Shown here: in pieces, positions 7,894 to 18,726 of the stretch
How positions within the stretch are numbered: the stretch's first letter is position 1
Layout of the letters: each line of letters opens with the position of its first letter
From: Candidatus Xenobia bacterium
GTDB taxonomy: Bacteria; Vulcanimicrobiota; Xenobia; Xenobiales; QWHO01
Assembly: GCA_045863235.1 (NCBI GenBank)
Contig: BTUM01000001.1
Location: forward strand, 320,001-384,000
DNA: 64,000 nucleotides
Reading direction: 5' to 3'
Made by a program: the position numbers and the translations under genes
The notes under the pieces: generated by a model
What the model was told of the DNA's origin: nothing
Seen by the model: only the letters and a program-made list of their open reading frames with translations
Database searches by the model: none

Positions 7894-10025
7894 ACGTCCA
7901 GGTCACCGCCTTGCAGCCTACCGCCACCCGCCCCATCCGGGAGGGCTGGGAAGTCAAGGGCCAGCATTACGGCTCAACCGCCGAGCTGGTGGACAAGGTG
8001 CAGCTCGGCGGCCCCGAGCTGGGAATCTACCGCCGCACAGAGCTGGCGCCCCCAAACCGGGTCAAAGGCGCCCTGATCGGCGCGGGTGTCGGCCTGGTGG
8101 CCAGCGCTCTGGTCGGTCTGGCCTCCAGCCCCGGCCTGCTGGTGGGCCTGCTGGCGGGCGCGGCCATGGGGGCGGCCACGGCCCGGCCCAAAGAGGTCGA
8201 GAAGGCCGTTACGGGCACCCTGCAACGTGACGGCCAGAACGTGACCTTCACCCCCAACAACGACTCCACTCGCACCCTCACCCTGCAGCCTGGCACATCG
8301 CTGCCCGGAGCCCTGCAGCCCCGAGACCCAAACGGCTTGAGCCTGGACCAGATCCGCCAGTTGCCCGAATTCGGCTGGACGGTCCCCACCCGCGACGCCC
8401 AGGTCGAGCGGCTGAAGAAGGAAGAGTTCGACATCATCGTCATTGGCGGGGGCGCCACCGGCACCGGCACCGCGATGGAGGCCGCTCGCCGCGGCCTCAA
8501 AGTGGCCATGTTGGAAGCCTGGGACTTCTCCACTGGCACCTCCAGCCGCAGTACCAAGCTGATCCACGGCGGCGTGCGCTACCTCGAGAAAGCCGTCAAA
8601 AAGCTCGACAAGGAGCAGTACGACCTGGTCCAGGAGGGCCTGCAAGAGCGTTCCAGCTTCCTGGAGATGGCTCCCCACCTCACCGACGAGCTGCGTCTGG
8701 TGACGCCCTGCTACAAGTATTATGAGGTGCCCTACTACTTCGCCGGCCTCTGGCTCTACGACCGCATCGCCGGACAGGCCGGACTGTCTGCCACCGAGGT
8801 GCTGTCCGCCAAGGAGGCAGCCAAGCAGTTCCCCATGCTCAAAACCGAGGGATTGAAGGGCGCCATTGCTTACTCCGACGGAGAATTCAACGATTCACGC
8901 ATGAACGTAGGTCTGGCCCTGACCGCTGCCGCCCACGGAGCGGCCGTGGCCAACTACACCGAGGTGGTCTCGCTGACCAAGGACGCCGGCGGCAAGGTGG
9001 TGGGCCTGGAGGCGCGCGACAAGCGCACAGGCGAGACTTTCTCTATCAAGGGAAAGTCCGTTATCAACGCCACCGGTCCCTTCATCGACAAGATCCGCCA
9101 GATGGACGACCCGCAGACGCCCGAGCTGGTCGTTCCCAGCGCCGGCACCCACATCTTCGTGCAAAACCTGAAGGTACCCGAGGGGTTGCTCATCCCCTCG
9201 GCCCCCAACGGCTCGGTGGCCTTCTTCAAGCCGTTCGAAGGGGGCACGGTGGTGGGTACCACCGAAGAGAAAACCTCCCTCACCATCGAGCCCAACACCA
9301 CCCAACAAGAAGTCGACTACCTGCGCGACCTGGCCAACAGCTACCTGGGCCCCAACCACCAGATCCAGCCCCAGGACGTGACCTCGGTCTGGACCGGCAT
9401 CCGCCCACTGGTCAAGGATCCGGCCAAGACCAACACCGCAGAGCTGTGCCGCAACCACCTGGTGGACGTCTCCAAGTCGGGGCTGGTCACCATCGGGGGC
9501 GGCAAGTGGACCAGTTTTGCCCGCATGGCCCAGGACGTGGTGGACGCAACCATCAAGAGCGCCGGCCTGCCCGACCTGCCCACCCAGCGCGAAGGGGCCC
9601 GCATCATCGGAGCCCACGGCTACTCCGAGGGGCTGGCGGCCCGTCTGGCCCAGCACTACGGACTGGACGCTGAAGTCTCCCTGCACCTGGCCAAGAATTA
9701 CGGCGACCGAGCCATTCAGGTGGCCGACCTGGGGCTCAACCAGCGGCTGCACCCGGACCATCCTTACCTGGAGGGGGAAGTTGTCCACGCGGTGCGCCAC
9801 GAGATGGCGGTCACCCCGGTGGACGTGCTGTCGCGCCGCACCCGCCTCTCCTTCCTGAATGAAGCCGCCGTGCGGACCGTGCTACCGCGGGTGGTCCAAC
9901 TGATGGCCGGCGAGGCCGGCTGGGATCAGGCCCAGGCCGCCCGAGAGCTCAAGGACTCGCAGGACTACTTCGCCCGCAACGGCATGGCCGCACTGCAGGC
10001 CCAGGCCCCTGTCAAGCAGCCTTAG
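7890..10025 (+). CDS. glpD: FAD-dependent glycerol-3-phosphate dehydrogenase with N-terminal extension
   Basis: IGGGATG, GTSSRSTKLIHGGVRYLE, GGKWT, SRRTRL. ATG overlaps the previous stop (ATGA). Confidence 0.92.
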   Translation: MNVQVTALQPTATRPIREGWEVKGQHYGSTAELVDKVQLGGPELGIYRRTELAPPNRVKGALIGAGVGLVASALVGLASSPGLLVGLLAGAAMGAATARPKEVEKAVTGTLQRDGQNVTFTPNNDSTRTLTLQPGTSLPGALQPRDPNGLSLDQIRQLPEFGWTVPTRDAQVERLKKEEFDIIVIGGGATGTGTAMEAARRGLKVAMLEAWDFSTGTSSRSTKLIHGGVRYLEKAVKKLDKEQYDLVQEGLQERSSFLEMAPHLTDELRLVTPCYKYYEVPYYFAGLWLYDRIAGQAGLSATEVLSAKEAAKQFPMLKTEGLKGAIAYSDGEFNDSRMNVGLALTAAAHGAAVANYTEVVSLTKDAGGKVVGLEARDKRTGETFSIKGKSVINATGPFIDKIRQMDDPQTPELVVPSAGTHIFVQNLKVPEGLLIPSAPNGSVAFFKPFEGGTVVGTTEEKTSLTIEPNTTQQEVDYLRDLANSYLGPNHQIQPQDVTSVWTGIRPLVKDPAKTNTAELCRNHLVDVSKSGLVTIGGGKWTSFARMAQDVVDATIKSAGLPDLPTQREGARIIGAHGYSEGLAARLAQHYGLDAEVSLHLAKNYGDRAIQVADLGLNQRLHPDHPYLEGEVVHAVRHEMAVTPVDVLSRRTRLSFLNEAAVRTVLPRVVQLMAGEAGWDQAQAARELKDSQDYFARNGMAALQAQAPVKQP

Positions 10026-10765
10026 GCCTTACCGGCTCGAACCCAGAGCCTCTGGATGTAGTGGTTCATCTGGATGTACCACCATTCCCAATCGTGGGCC
10101 ACGTCGTGGCCCCACAGGTCGTAATTGTGAGGGACGTCAATCTGCTCGAGCACGTCGTGGATGCGCTTGGACCAGTGCACACGCTCCCAGGGACCCTGAC
10201 CGCAGATGACATTGATGGAGCATTTCCTGAGGGCCGCACGGTGGTCGCGAGAAGCGTTGGGCAGGTAGGTGGTGGGGTTCTGCCAGTAACAGTTGTCGTC
10301 GAAGTAGTTCTCGAAGTACTGGCTCATGTCATAGATGCCGCTCATGAAGATGCCCCAGCGGAAGGCATCCGGGTGGCGAAAGAGCGTGTTGGAGGCGTGA
10401 AATGCGCCCAGGCTGGCCCCGGCGGTGGCGACAGGCAGCTGCCCCTGGCAGTCCTCGTAGATGATTCCCAGGAGCTCGCTGGCGACGTAAGCATCGTAGG
10501 CTGCCTGGCGTGCCAGGCGCTCCTTGACGCTGATCTCATAGTTGAACCAGCTCTGTCGGTTGATGGTGTCGATGCTGAAGACCTTGACGTGGCCGGCATG
10601 GATGGGGCCCCGCAGAGCATCGATCATTCCATGGCGCTCGAGCTCTTCGAAATCGGCTGAAGCGGTAGGAAAGAACAGCAGGGGCACGCCAAAGTGCCCA
10701 TAGATCGAGACAGGCATCGTCTGGCCCAGAATGCGGCTGTGGGGGAAGATTTTCTTGACACGCAT
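10022..10765 (-). CDS. Alpha/beta-hydrolase, esterase family
   Basis: GASLG nucleophile elbow and WGHDVAHDWEWW motif. Confidence 0.85.
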   Translation of the reverse strand: MRVKKIFPHSRILGQTMPVSIYGHFGVPLLFFPTASADFEELERHGMIDALRGPIHAGHVKVFSIDTINRQSWFNYEISVKERLARQAAYDAYVASELLGIIYEDCQGQLPVATAGASLGAFHASNTLFRHPDAFRWGIFMSGIYDMSQYFENYFDDNCYWQNPTTYLPNASRDHRAALRKCSINVICGQGPWERVHWSKRIHDVLEQIDVPHNYDLWGHDVAHDWEWWYIQMNHYIQRLWVRAGKA

Positions 10766-10768
10766 GGT

Positions 10769-11851
10769 TTAGCTCCTCAAAGCGAGAGTGGTGGGAAGCG
10801 GCCGTTCCTGCCGCTCTTGCCAGCGCTTGCCGGTTGGCAGGTCGTGGTAAGCCTGGCGCAGGACGCTCAGCGCCTCGCGTTCGGCCACCGACAGGCACGG
10901 GTGCCAGAAGTTCAAGAAGAGCACAACCCGCAATCGGTCGCTGCGGTTCCAGACCTCGTGCACGAATGAGTCGTCGAAGACAAGCACCTTGCCTTCCTCC
11001 CAGGTGGTCTCCTGGCCTCCCACCCGCAGGCCGCACCCGTCCGGGATCACCATGGCCAGGTGACCCCGCAGGATGCCGTTGAGGGGGCCGACGTGTGGGG
11101 GGATGGCGCTCTGCGGATTGAGGGCCGAGAACAGGATCCACTCCCCGGTCTCGAAGCCGGGTAGCTTCTCGAGGAGAGCCGAAGTTCGCGGACATCGAGC
11201 GGCATTCTCTTCATGACGCTGTCCATACAGCCACAGCGGGTAAGTGTTCCAGCCGGCCACTGCGGTATCATACTCGGTCTGGTAGGTGCCAAAGCCTCGC
11301 CGTTCGGCCAGCAGGCCCTCGAGCTCCTCGAGGATGAGCGGATAACTGTCCTCCAGCGTGCGGGCCCACTCGAACTGCTCCTTGGGGTAGAACCGATGAG
11401 CTGGAATGCCAGGCACCAGGTAGTACGGACGCTGGTGGGGGTCGCTGGTCTCGGTCCGAGGAAGGGGGGCGGGCTCAAAGAAGACGTCCAGGCAGGCGCT
11501 GCGCAAAAACATCGATTCCAGGCAGTTGCGAGCCCGGTGGGCATGCGCTCCGTGGGCGAAGGTATGGTGGCGGTCCAGGGCCGCAATGGCGTCGGCCAGC
11601 TGGCCAGCCTGCCGGAGAGTGAGCTGGCGGGCCATCTCGCACCAGTCGCGGGCCAGCTGGTTGGGGTGATTGCGTCCCGAGCGGCCCCAGACCTGGCTCA
11701 GCCCCCAGAAGAGCAACGCGAACAGGGCGGGGTGGTAGGAGACGAGTCGGGCAGCAATTCGGCGCAGCCAGAGGGGCAGTCGAAAGGGCGAGCGCTCGAT
11801 GCCCACCGTCTCGTAGCTCGCGTGCATGAGCTCGTCAAAGGTCTTCTCCAT
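10769..11851 (-). CDS. Aspartyl/asparaginyl beta-hydroxylase family 2OG-Fe(II) oxygenase
   Basis: CPRT, PPHVGP..LRGHL, FDDSFVHEVWN, RVVL. Confidence 0.88.
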   Translation of the reverse strand: MEKTFDELMHASYETVGIERSPFRLPLWLRRIAARLVSYHPALFALLFWGLSQVWGRSGRNHPNQLARDWCEMARQLTLRQAGQLADAIAALDRHHTFAHGAHAHRARNCLESMFLRSACLDVFFEPAPLPRTETSDPHQRPYYLVPGIPAHRFYPKEQFEWARTLEDSYPLILEELEGLLAERRGFGTYQTEYDTAVAGWNTYPLWLYGQRHEENAARCPRTSALLEKLPGFETGEWILFSALNPQSAIPPHVGPLNGILRGHLAMVIPDGCGLRVGGQETTWEEGKVLVFDDSFVHEVWNRSDRLRVVLFLNFWHPCLSVAEREALSVLRQAYHDLPTGKRWQERQERPLPTTLALRS

Positions 11852-12002
11852 GGAGCTGCAGCAATTCTTGAGGGATTGAGAGCTCCCCTTTCTGACGAGA
11901 AGCCGGGCCTCTAGAAGCCAGTCCGAGACTGGTTGTCTGTTTCCTGGTCAATTTTGGGTCAAGTGCCTCTTTGCGGAGCAAAGCTTGAATCCCCCGACCA
12001 AC

Positions 12003-12026
12003 AAAAAACCCCGCCGTTGCGGGGTT
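12003..12026 (-). terminator. Rho-independent terminator of tRNA operon
   Basis: Minus strand reads AACCCCGC-AACG-GCGGGG-TTTTTT. Confidence 0.9.
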
Positions 12027-12031
12027 CTCGG

Positions 12032-12108
<77 letters not shown>

Positions 12109-12145
12109 ATGGGCCATCTCGGTGTGCGAGACAGCGAGGAAAAAG

Positions 12146-12221
12146 TGGTGACCCCAGCGGGGCTCGAACCCGCGATCTTCGGCTTGAAAGGCCGACGTCC
12201 TAACCACTAGACCATGGGGCC
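12146..12221 (-). tRNA. tRNA-Glu(TTC)
   Basis: GGCCCCATGGTCTAG...TCGGC-CTTTCAA-GCCGA...GTTCGAG...CCA. Confidence 0.97.
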
Positions 12222-12257
12222 ACGACATCCGACAGGACAGAACCCTCGGAGCCAACC

Positions 12258-12333
12258 TGGTGGGCCCACCTGGGTTCGAACCAGGGACCAACCGGTTATG
12301 AGCCGGCCGCTCTCACCGCTGAGCTATGGGCCC
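12258..12333 (-). tRNA. tRNA with CAT anticodon, most likely tRNA-Ile2 (lysidine)
   Basis: GGGCCCATAGCTCAG...GCCGG-CTCATAA-CCGGT...CCA. It has a G1-C72 pair and lacks three consecutive G-C pairs at the base of the anticodon stem, so it is not fMet. The acceptor stem resembles ileX-type tRNAs. Confidence 0.9.
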
Positions 12334-12344
12334 AGGTTCGACCC

Positions 12345-12373
12345 ATTATAGCGATTCGAACCCGGACGGTCAA
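12345..12373 (-). promoter_or_regulatory. Sigma70 promoter of tRNA operon
   Basis: TTGACC-17 nt-TATAAT just upstream of the first tRNA. Confidence 0.85.
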
Positions 12374-12375
12374 TC

Positions 12376-15300
12376 CTAAGCCGTTGCAGCCACAGCGTTG
12401 CGGGCCACCTCGAGCACGCGAGCGTTCAGGGCTTCGGTGGGCAGCGTCACCAGCTCCGACACAGACAACTCCTCGAGGTAGCTGTCGTGCCACTCCATGT
12501 CGGTCTCGGTCACGAAGCTCTTGAGATCGTCGTAGCGCTGGGCCATGTCGCGCAGCAGGGCCACCTTGCGAGCCAGGGGCAGCTCCTGGAACTCGAGATG
12601 GAAAAGGACCAGCGTCTCCACCTTGCCGCGCGGAATCACCGGCAGAATGACGATCGGCTTGAGATCCTTGCCTCCCCGGCCGATGTAGCCCGCCCGGGTC
12701 CGCACCACTTTCTCCTTGGTGCCCATCAGGTGGTGCGGATGGTCGGCCCGCGAGCGCAGATTCCTGGCTGCACCCAGCTTGGTCAGCACCTGCAGGCTCG
12801 AGGTGGCCGTGGGCTCTCCCATCGGGCCCAGGCCGCTGACACGGTACTCGGTGACTCCGACCACCTCGCTGATGGCCGGGCTGATGGCCCGCAGTAACAT
12901 CAGGTCGCGGTAGGGGATGGATTCGAGCGAGACCTTCAAATCGCGCAGACCGTCGAACAGCGGACCGACCAGCGTCTCCTCTGAGCGAGAGATCCCCACC
13001 GTGATGGTCTTGGCCTGATGCTTGATGGCATCGATGGGCCTGGCCAGCTCGTTGATGGCCGTGGTCAAGTTGGCGATCAGGGTGGCGGCCATCCCCTCGG
13101 AGGTGCCCGGGGCATCGAACTCGGCCCGGAACTGCCTCAGCGGTTGGGCTCCGGTGAAGTAGCGGAACAGCAACGAAAGTCGCGCCCCCACGTCCACGGA
13201 GAGTGAGCTGTTAAAAGCCCCACGCGAGAGCCGCTCCTGGAACTGGCGTCCCAGTGTGATCACCTGGCGCCAGACGGCCGAGCCGGGCGAACTGTCCGGG
13301 CGGGTGGTCATGTACTTGACGGCCAGGGCTCGAGCCGGACGCAGCTGGGCGGCCCCCTGATCGATGGCCAGCGCGCAATAGTAGCCCCACAGATGCCCTA
13401 CCAGAGTGTTGAGAAGCACGGAAGCGTTCTCGGAGGCCTTAGGCACGTAGATCACGCCGGCCGCGTAAGACTCGAAGGCGTCGAAGCCCTCCGAGCAGAT
13501 CACGATGGGCACCGACTTGTGTGACTTGAAGATGGCCACCTCTTTGACCGCGTCCTTGAGCGCCACCAGCGGCAATCCGGCGGCGCAGATCAGCGTCAGC
13601 GGCTCGCTGGAGAGATCGATATGCTTCTTGTCCTCGATGTAATCGGTAGCGATCGACTTGTAGCAGAGCTCGCTGAGCTTGATGCGGATCTCGTCGGCGG
13701 CGGCCCGGGTGGAGCCGCTGCCGACCACCGCCCAGTCGCGCCGGGTGGGGGCCCAGGCTTCGGCCAGCTGGCTGACCACCGAGTGGTCGGCCAGCACCGA
13801 CTTCATCAGGTCGGGAAGCTGCAGGAGCGACTCCAGCTCGTGAAAAGCTTCTTCCTGGCCCAGCGTCCCCATCAGGATGCCCATCTGGTAGGCCAGCAGA
13901 TAGCCAGCCACCACCTGGCTGTAGAAAGCCTTGGTGGAGGCGACGGACATCTCGATGTCGCGCCCGTCTGAGGTATAAAGGACCCCATCCACCTTGTAGA
14001 CCAGGTCGGAGTTTCGCCGGTTGACGATGGCCAGCACGGAAGCGCCCTTGCTTTTGACCAGATCCACCGTCCGATTGGTATCGGTGGTGGTGCCCGACTG
14101 CGAGATAGCGATCACCAGGCAGCTCGTCATATCCGCGAGCATGGAGTAGCCGGAAAGCTCGGTCGCTTTCATGGCCCGAACGTCCACCGAGCTTCCCACC
14201 ACACGCTGCATCATCGAGGCCACCGCCTGACCGGCCACGGCAGCCGTGCCCTGGCCAATCAGCAGAACGTGCTTGAGCTCTCTTTGCTTGAGCCGCTCGG
14301 CCAGGGTGGCCGGAAAGACATCCTCGCCCAGCCGCATGGTCACGGCCGGGGGGTTCTCCTCCAGGACAAACTTGCCGCGCAGAGTCTTGCGCACCGACTC
14401 GGGCGACTCGGAGATCTCCTTGAGCAAGAAATGCTCGAATGGCCCGCGGTTGATGTCACGGGTGGTGATCTCGGCCACCTTGATCTGCTCGGGGGTCAGC
14501 TCCAGCCGATGGCCGTCGAACGACCAGGCCTCGATACCCTCGAGCTCGTGCAGCTTCTTCGCGTCCAGCACCAGAATCTGTCCGGCTGTCTCGGGGCGGC
14601 CTGCCTCGCGCTCGGTGGTGCCGTCCATGCGCAAGAAGCGCGAGGTCTGCTCCACCACCCCGTAGAGCTCGGAGGCAAAGGTGTATCCGTGGGGCCCGAT
14701 GCCCACGAACATGCTCTGGCCGCTGCCGCGCAGGGCCAGGTAGGTGCGGTCGGGCTCGTGAGTGGAGTGCATTACCACCGCAATGGAGCCTTCGCACTCT
14801 TGCATGGCCCGGCAGAAGGCCTCGCGCATGTTACCGGTCTCGCGGAAATAGGACTCCACCAGCACCGGGATGATCTTGGTATCGGTGGTGATGGGGGCCG
14901 AAATGGTGCGGCCGCTCTCGCGAGCCAGACGCGCCTGCAGCTCGATGTGGTTGTCCACGTCCCCGTTCAGGGCGGCCAGAATGCGGGGAGAGCCTTCGCG
15001 CGGCTGCTCGCGATCGCATCCCGAGGGGACCGTCAGCTCATTGACCGGGTGACAGTTGGGCTCGCTGATGATGCCGTTGGAGGCCCAGCGCGTGTGGCTG
15101 AAGAGGTTGGTGCGCACATCGGGGTCGCTGAGCACCCGCCAGAAAAAGCGATCCTCCAGGATGCTGTGGGCCAGGGCGGCCACATTGTCGCCCAGGGCCC
15201 CGACCTCCTGGGCCACCTTGAAGGTGAAAATCAAGGCGTTGGGTTCCTCGAGCACGGCGCCATCCACGAAGTCCGCCTGACCCAGGCGAGAACGCCATTC

Positions 15301-15900
15301 CGCCTGCCTTCCTTCCTGCTCGATCCACTCGTGAAAGCGTTGCAGGCCCTCGCGTTCGGAGAAGGTTGCCAGGATGGAGAGCCCGAGAGAATCTCGCCCA
15401 CGCACCTCCAGGCGGCCGATGTTCTCGAGGACACAAGAGAGCTTCCAGGCCTCGAACTGGGCTTTGGAGTTGTGCTGATAGGCGGCCGGGATCAGGCGAC
15501 GCAGGCGCTCGATCCCAGCCAGGATGTCGCGCTCGGCCGTCCAGGCCAGATCGCGGGCCCTAACCCAGAGGGCGTTCCAGCGCTCAACCACTTCGGTGGA
15601 GATCTGCTTGCCCTGCTGCAGCACCAGTGTCTGGCTGCGCACCTCCCAGTCGCCCAGGGTCTGGCTGCATTCCGCCAGCAAGGCCTGATGGTTGGCATCC
15701 TCAAGCAGCTCGCGCAGCACGGAGAACTCGCGCAGAATCGGCGTGTGCTCTTCCAGCGCCAGCAGGGGCGCCTCGAAAGTCTGTGGCTGGAAGGGATCGA
15801 CCGCCAGATGAGTCAGCTCTTCCAGGGCAGCGCGATACCCTTTCCAGTCCATCACCGCCTGGCCGGTAGCGTCGTAGAGAATTCCGGCTATTCCGCACAT
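12376..15900 (-). CDS. glmS: Extended glutamine--fructose-6-phosphate aminotransferase-like protein (~1174 aa; GATase-II plus two SIS domains)
   Basis: MCGIAG start with GGAGG RBS. LEVRGRDS, HTRWAS, ISQSGTTTDT, SVASTKAF, IKLSELCY, AKTITV. Confidence 0.8.
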   Translation of the reverse strand: MCGIAGILYDATGQAVMDWKGYRAALEELTHLAVDPFQPQTFEAPLLALEEHTPILREFSVLRELLEDANHQALLAECSQTLGDWEVRSQTLVLQQGKQISTEVVERWNALWVRARDLAWTAERDILAGIERLRRLIPAAYQHNSKAQFEAWKLSCVLENIGRLEVRGRDSLGLSILATFSEREGLQRFHEWIEQEGRQAEWRSRLGQADFVDGAVLEEPNALIFTFKVAQEVGALGDNVAALAHSILEDRFFWRVLSDPDVRTNLFSHTRWASNGIISEPNCHPVNELTVPSGCDREQPREGSPRILAALNGDVDNHIELQARLARESGRTISAPITTDTKIIPVLVESYFRETGNMREAFCRAMQECEGSIAVVMHSTHEPDRTYLALRGSGQSMFVGIGPHGYTFASELYGVVEQTSRFLRMDGTTEREAGRPETAGQILVLDAKKLHELEGIEAWSFDGHRLELTPEQIKVAEITTRDINRGPFEHFLLKEISESPESVRKTLRGKFVLEENPPAVTMRLGEDVFPATLAERLKQRELKHVLLIGQGTAAVAGQAVASMMQRVVGSSVDVRAMKATELSGYSMLADMTSCLVIAISQSGTTTDTNRTVDLVKSKGASVLAIVNRRNSDLVYKVDGVLYTSDGRDIEMSVASTKAFYSQVVAGYLLAYQMGILMGTLGQEEAFHELESLLQLPDLMKSVLADHSVVSQLAEAWAPTRRDWAVVGSGSTRAAADEIRIKLSELCYKSIATDYIEDKKHIDLSSEPLTLICAAGLPLVALKDAVKEVAIFKSHKSVPIVICSEGFDAFESYAAGVIYVPKASENASVLLNTLVGHLWGYYCALAIDQGAAQLRPARALAVKYMTTRPDSSPGSAVWRQVITLGRQFQERLSRGAFNSSLSVDVGARLSLLFRYFTGAQPLRQFRAEFDAPGTSEGMAATLIANLTTAINELARPIDAIKHQAKTITVGISRSEETLVGPLFDGLRDLKVSLESIPYRDLMLLRAISPAISEVVGVTEYRVSGLGPMGEPTATSSLQVLTKLGAARNLRSRADHPHHLMGTKEKVVRTRAGYIGRGGKDLKPIVILPVIPRGKVETLVLFHLEFQELPLARKVALLRDMAQRYDDLKSFVTETDMEWHDSYLEELSVSELVTLPTEALNARVLEVARNAVAATA

Positions 15901-16017
15901 GACTACGTTTCCTCCGCGCGCCTGAAGGCTGGCGCTTGCAGTGTATAGTTGACCCACCCTCGAAATTCCTGTCTGGGGGAAAAGGATCCGCGTGGGACGG
16001 GCAGAACCGGCCCGCCC

Positions 16018-17052
16018 ATGGCTCTCGCAATCGGTATCACTGGCCTGGCTCAGTCGGGCAAGTCCAGTCTCTTTCAGGCCCTGACGGCCGCCTCCCAGGG
16101 CGACGTAGGAGGCAAACGCCTGCCGATGGCGCGCGCTCCCGTGCCCGACGAGCGACTCGACCGCCTGAGCGCTATCTTCAACCCCAAGAAGACCACCCCG
16201 GCCACGGTCGACTTCCTGGACATGCCGGGCGGCTCAGGAACCGGCCTGGGGGACCAGGCCCTGGGCGAGATCCGCACGGCCACGGCCCTGGTCGAGGTGG
16301 TGCGCTGCTTCCCCCACGGCTACCTGGGCGAGCCCACTCCCCAGAAGGATATGGAAGACTTCGAGCTGGAGATCATGCTCGCCGATCTGAAGATCGTGGA
16401 AGGCCGGTTGGAGCGCGCCAAGAAGCTGACCCCTCCCGAGAAGGCCGTGCTGGAGCGACTGCAGCCCCCCCTGGCGGCTGGCGACTTCACCGCTCTGCCC
16501 CAGTTTGACGCCGAGGAGCTGAAACTGCTCTCGGGCATGGGTTTGCTCTCGCTCAAGCCCCGCATCTACTGCGCCAACCTGGCCGAAGACCTGATGGGCA
16601 AGAACAGCGAGCACGAGCAGACGGTCCGGGCTATGGCCGCCCGCCGGGGCACCCAGGCCATCGCTACCAGCGCCCTGCTCGAATCCGAGGTGGCCCAGCT
16701 CGATCCCGAGGAGCGGCAGGCCTTCCTGCAGGACCTGGGCATCCAGGAGACAGGCCTCTCTCAACTGGTGCGAGCCAGTTATGAACGGCTGGGCTTGATG
16801 ACGTTCTTCACGGTGGGCGAGGACGAGTGCCGCGCCTGGACCGTGCGCCAGCACGCCCGCGCCCCCGAGGCGGCCGGCGCCATCCACTCCGACCTCGAGC
16901 GCGGCTTCATCCGGGCCGAGGTGATCGGCTACGACACCTTCCTGGCCTGCGGCTCGATGGCCGCCGCCAAGGACCAGGGCAAACTGCGCGTGGAGGGCAA
17001 GGAGTACGAGGTGCACGAGGGGGAGATTGTGCACATTCGTTTCAACGTTTAG
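16018..17052 (+). CDS. ychF: YchF/Obg-family ATPase (divergent)
   Basis: GLAQSGKS, DMPG, C-terminal TGS domain FFTVGEDECRAW...AAGAIHSDLERGFIRAE...EGKEY..HIRFNV. Confidence 0.88.
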   Translation: MALAIGITGLAQSGKSSLFQALTAASQGDVGGKRLPMARAPVPDERLDRLSAIFNPKKTTPATVDFLDMPGGSGTGLGDQALGEIRTATALVEVVRCFPHGYLGEPTPQKDMEDFELEIMLADLKIVEGRLERAKKLTPPEKAVLERLQPPLAAGDFTALPQFDAEELKLLSGMGLLSLKPRIYCANLAEDLMGKNSEHEQTVRAMAARRGTQAIATSALLESEVAQLDPEERQAFLQDLGIQETGLSQLVRASYERLGLMTFFTVGEDECRAWTVRQHARAPEAAGAIHSDLERGFIRAEVIGYDTFLACGSMAAAKDQGKLRVEGKEYEVHEGEIVHIRFNV

Positions 17053-17106
17053 CATCTCTTTACTGAGCCACGCAGGGAGCATGCCGGGGTGGGGGAAATC
17101 CTTCTC

Positions 17107-18168
<1,062 letters not shown>

Positions 18169-18211
18169 CAGGTGATGCCCTACACAACCGGTTTTGCATC
18201 AGCCTGCAAGA

Positions 18212-18682
18212 CTACCAGATCTTATCCAGCTTGTCGGCGTAATAATGGAGCGCCCGACCGTAGGCCAGGATGCGCTCGTCACCCGTGGTCTCGAGCAACT
18301 GGGTCAAGAGGATCTCCATGGCCCGCTCAGAGCGACCCAGGTTGTAATAAGCCAGCGCGCTGAACACCTTGAGAGCCCGATCGTCGGGAAATTGCTCGCT
18401 GGCCCGGGACAACAGCTCCAGCGAATCGTGGTAGCGCCCCAAACAGCGGTAGGTGCTGCCCAGGCCGACGTAGGCCCCTCGCAGCTCCTCTCCTTCCAGC
18501 CCCTGCTCGATGGCCCGCTCGTAATATTGCACCGCTTCGCTCTCGCGGCCCAGCTTGTCGTGGGTCCAGGCGCACTGATACAAGACTTCCGGGTCGTCGG
18601 GATGCTCCGAGCAGAGAGCGAGGATCCCCTCGAGATCCCCGGCTTCCCGCAGAGTGACGGCTCTCTGCAACACTTCTCTCAT
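18212..18682 (-). CDS. Tetratricopeptide repeat protein
   Basis: AWTHDKLGRE..AVQYYERAI...LGSTYRCLG TPR pattern. Confidence 0.85.
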   Translation of the reverse strand: MREVLQRAVTLREAGDLEGILALCSEHPDDPEVLYQCAWTHDKLGRESEAVQYYERAIEQGLEGEELRGAYVGLGSTYRCLGRYHDSLELLSRASEQFPDDRALKVFSALAYYNLGRSERAMEILLTQLLETTGDERILAYGRALHYYADKLDKIW

Positions 18683-18726
18683 TGAAGGAAATTCAGCCCT
18701 TCCTGACAAACTTTCATCGACCAGCC

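Noticed and set aside
15901..15950. AAGCGCCAG upstream of glmS, resembling the 5' end of the glmS ribozyme
   Set aside because: Only about 30 nt remain before the ATG, and the downstream conserved core is absent.
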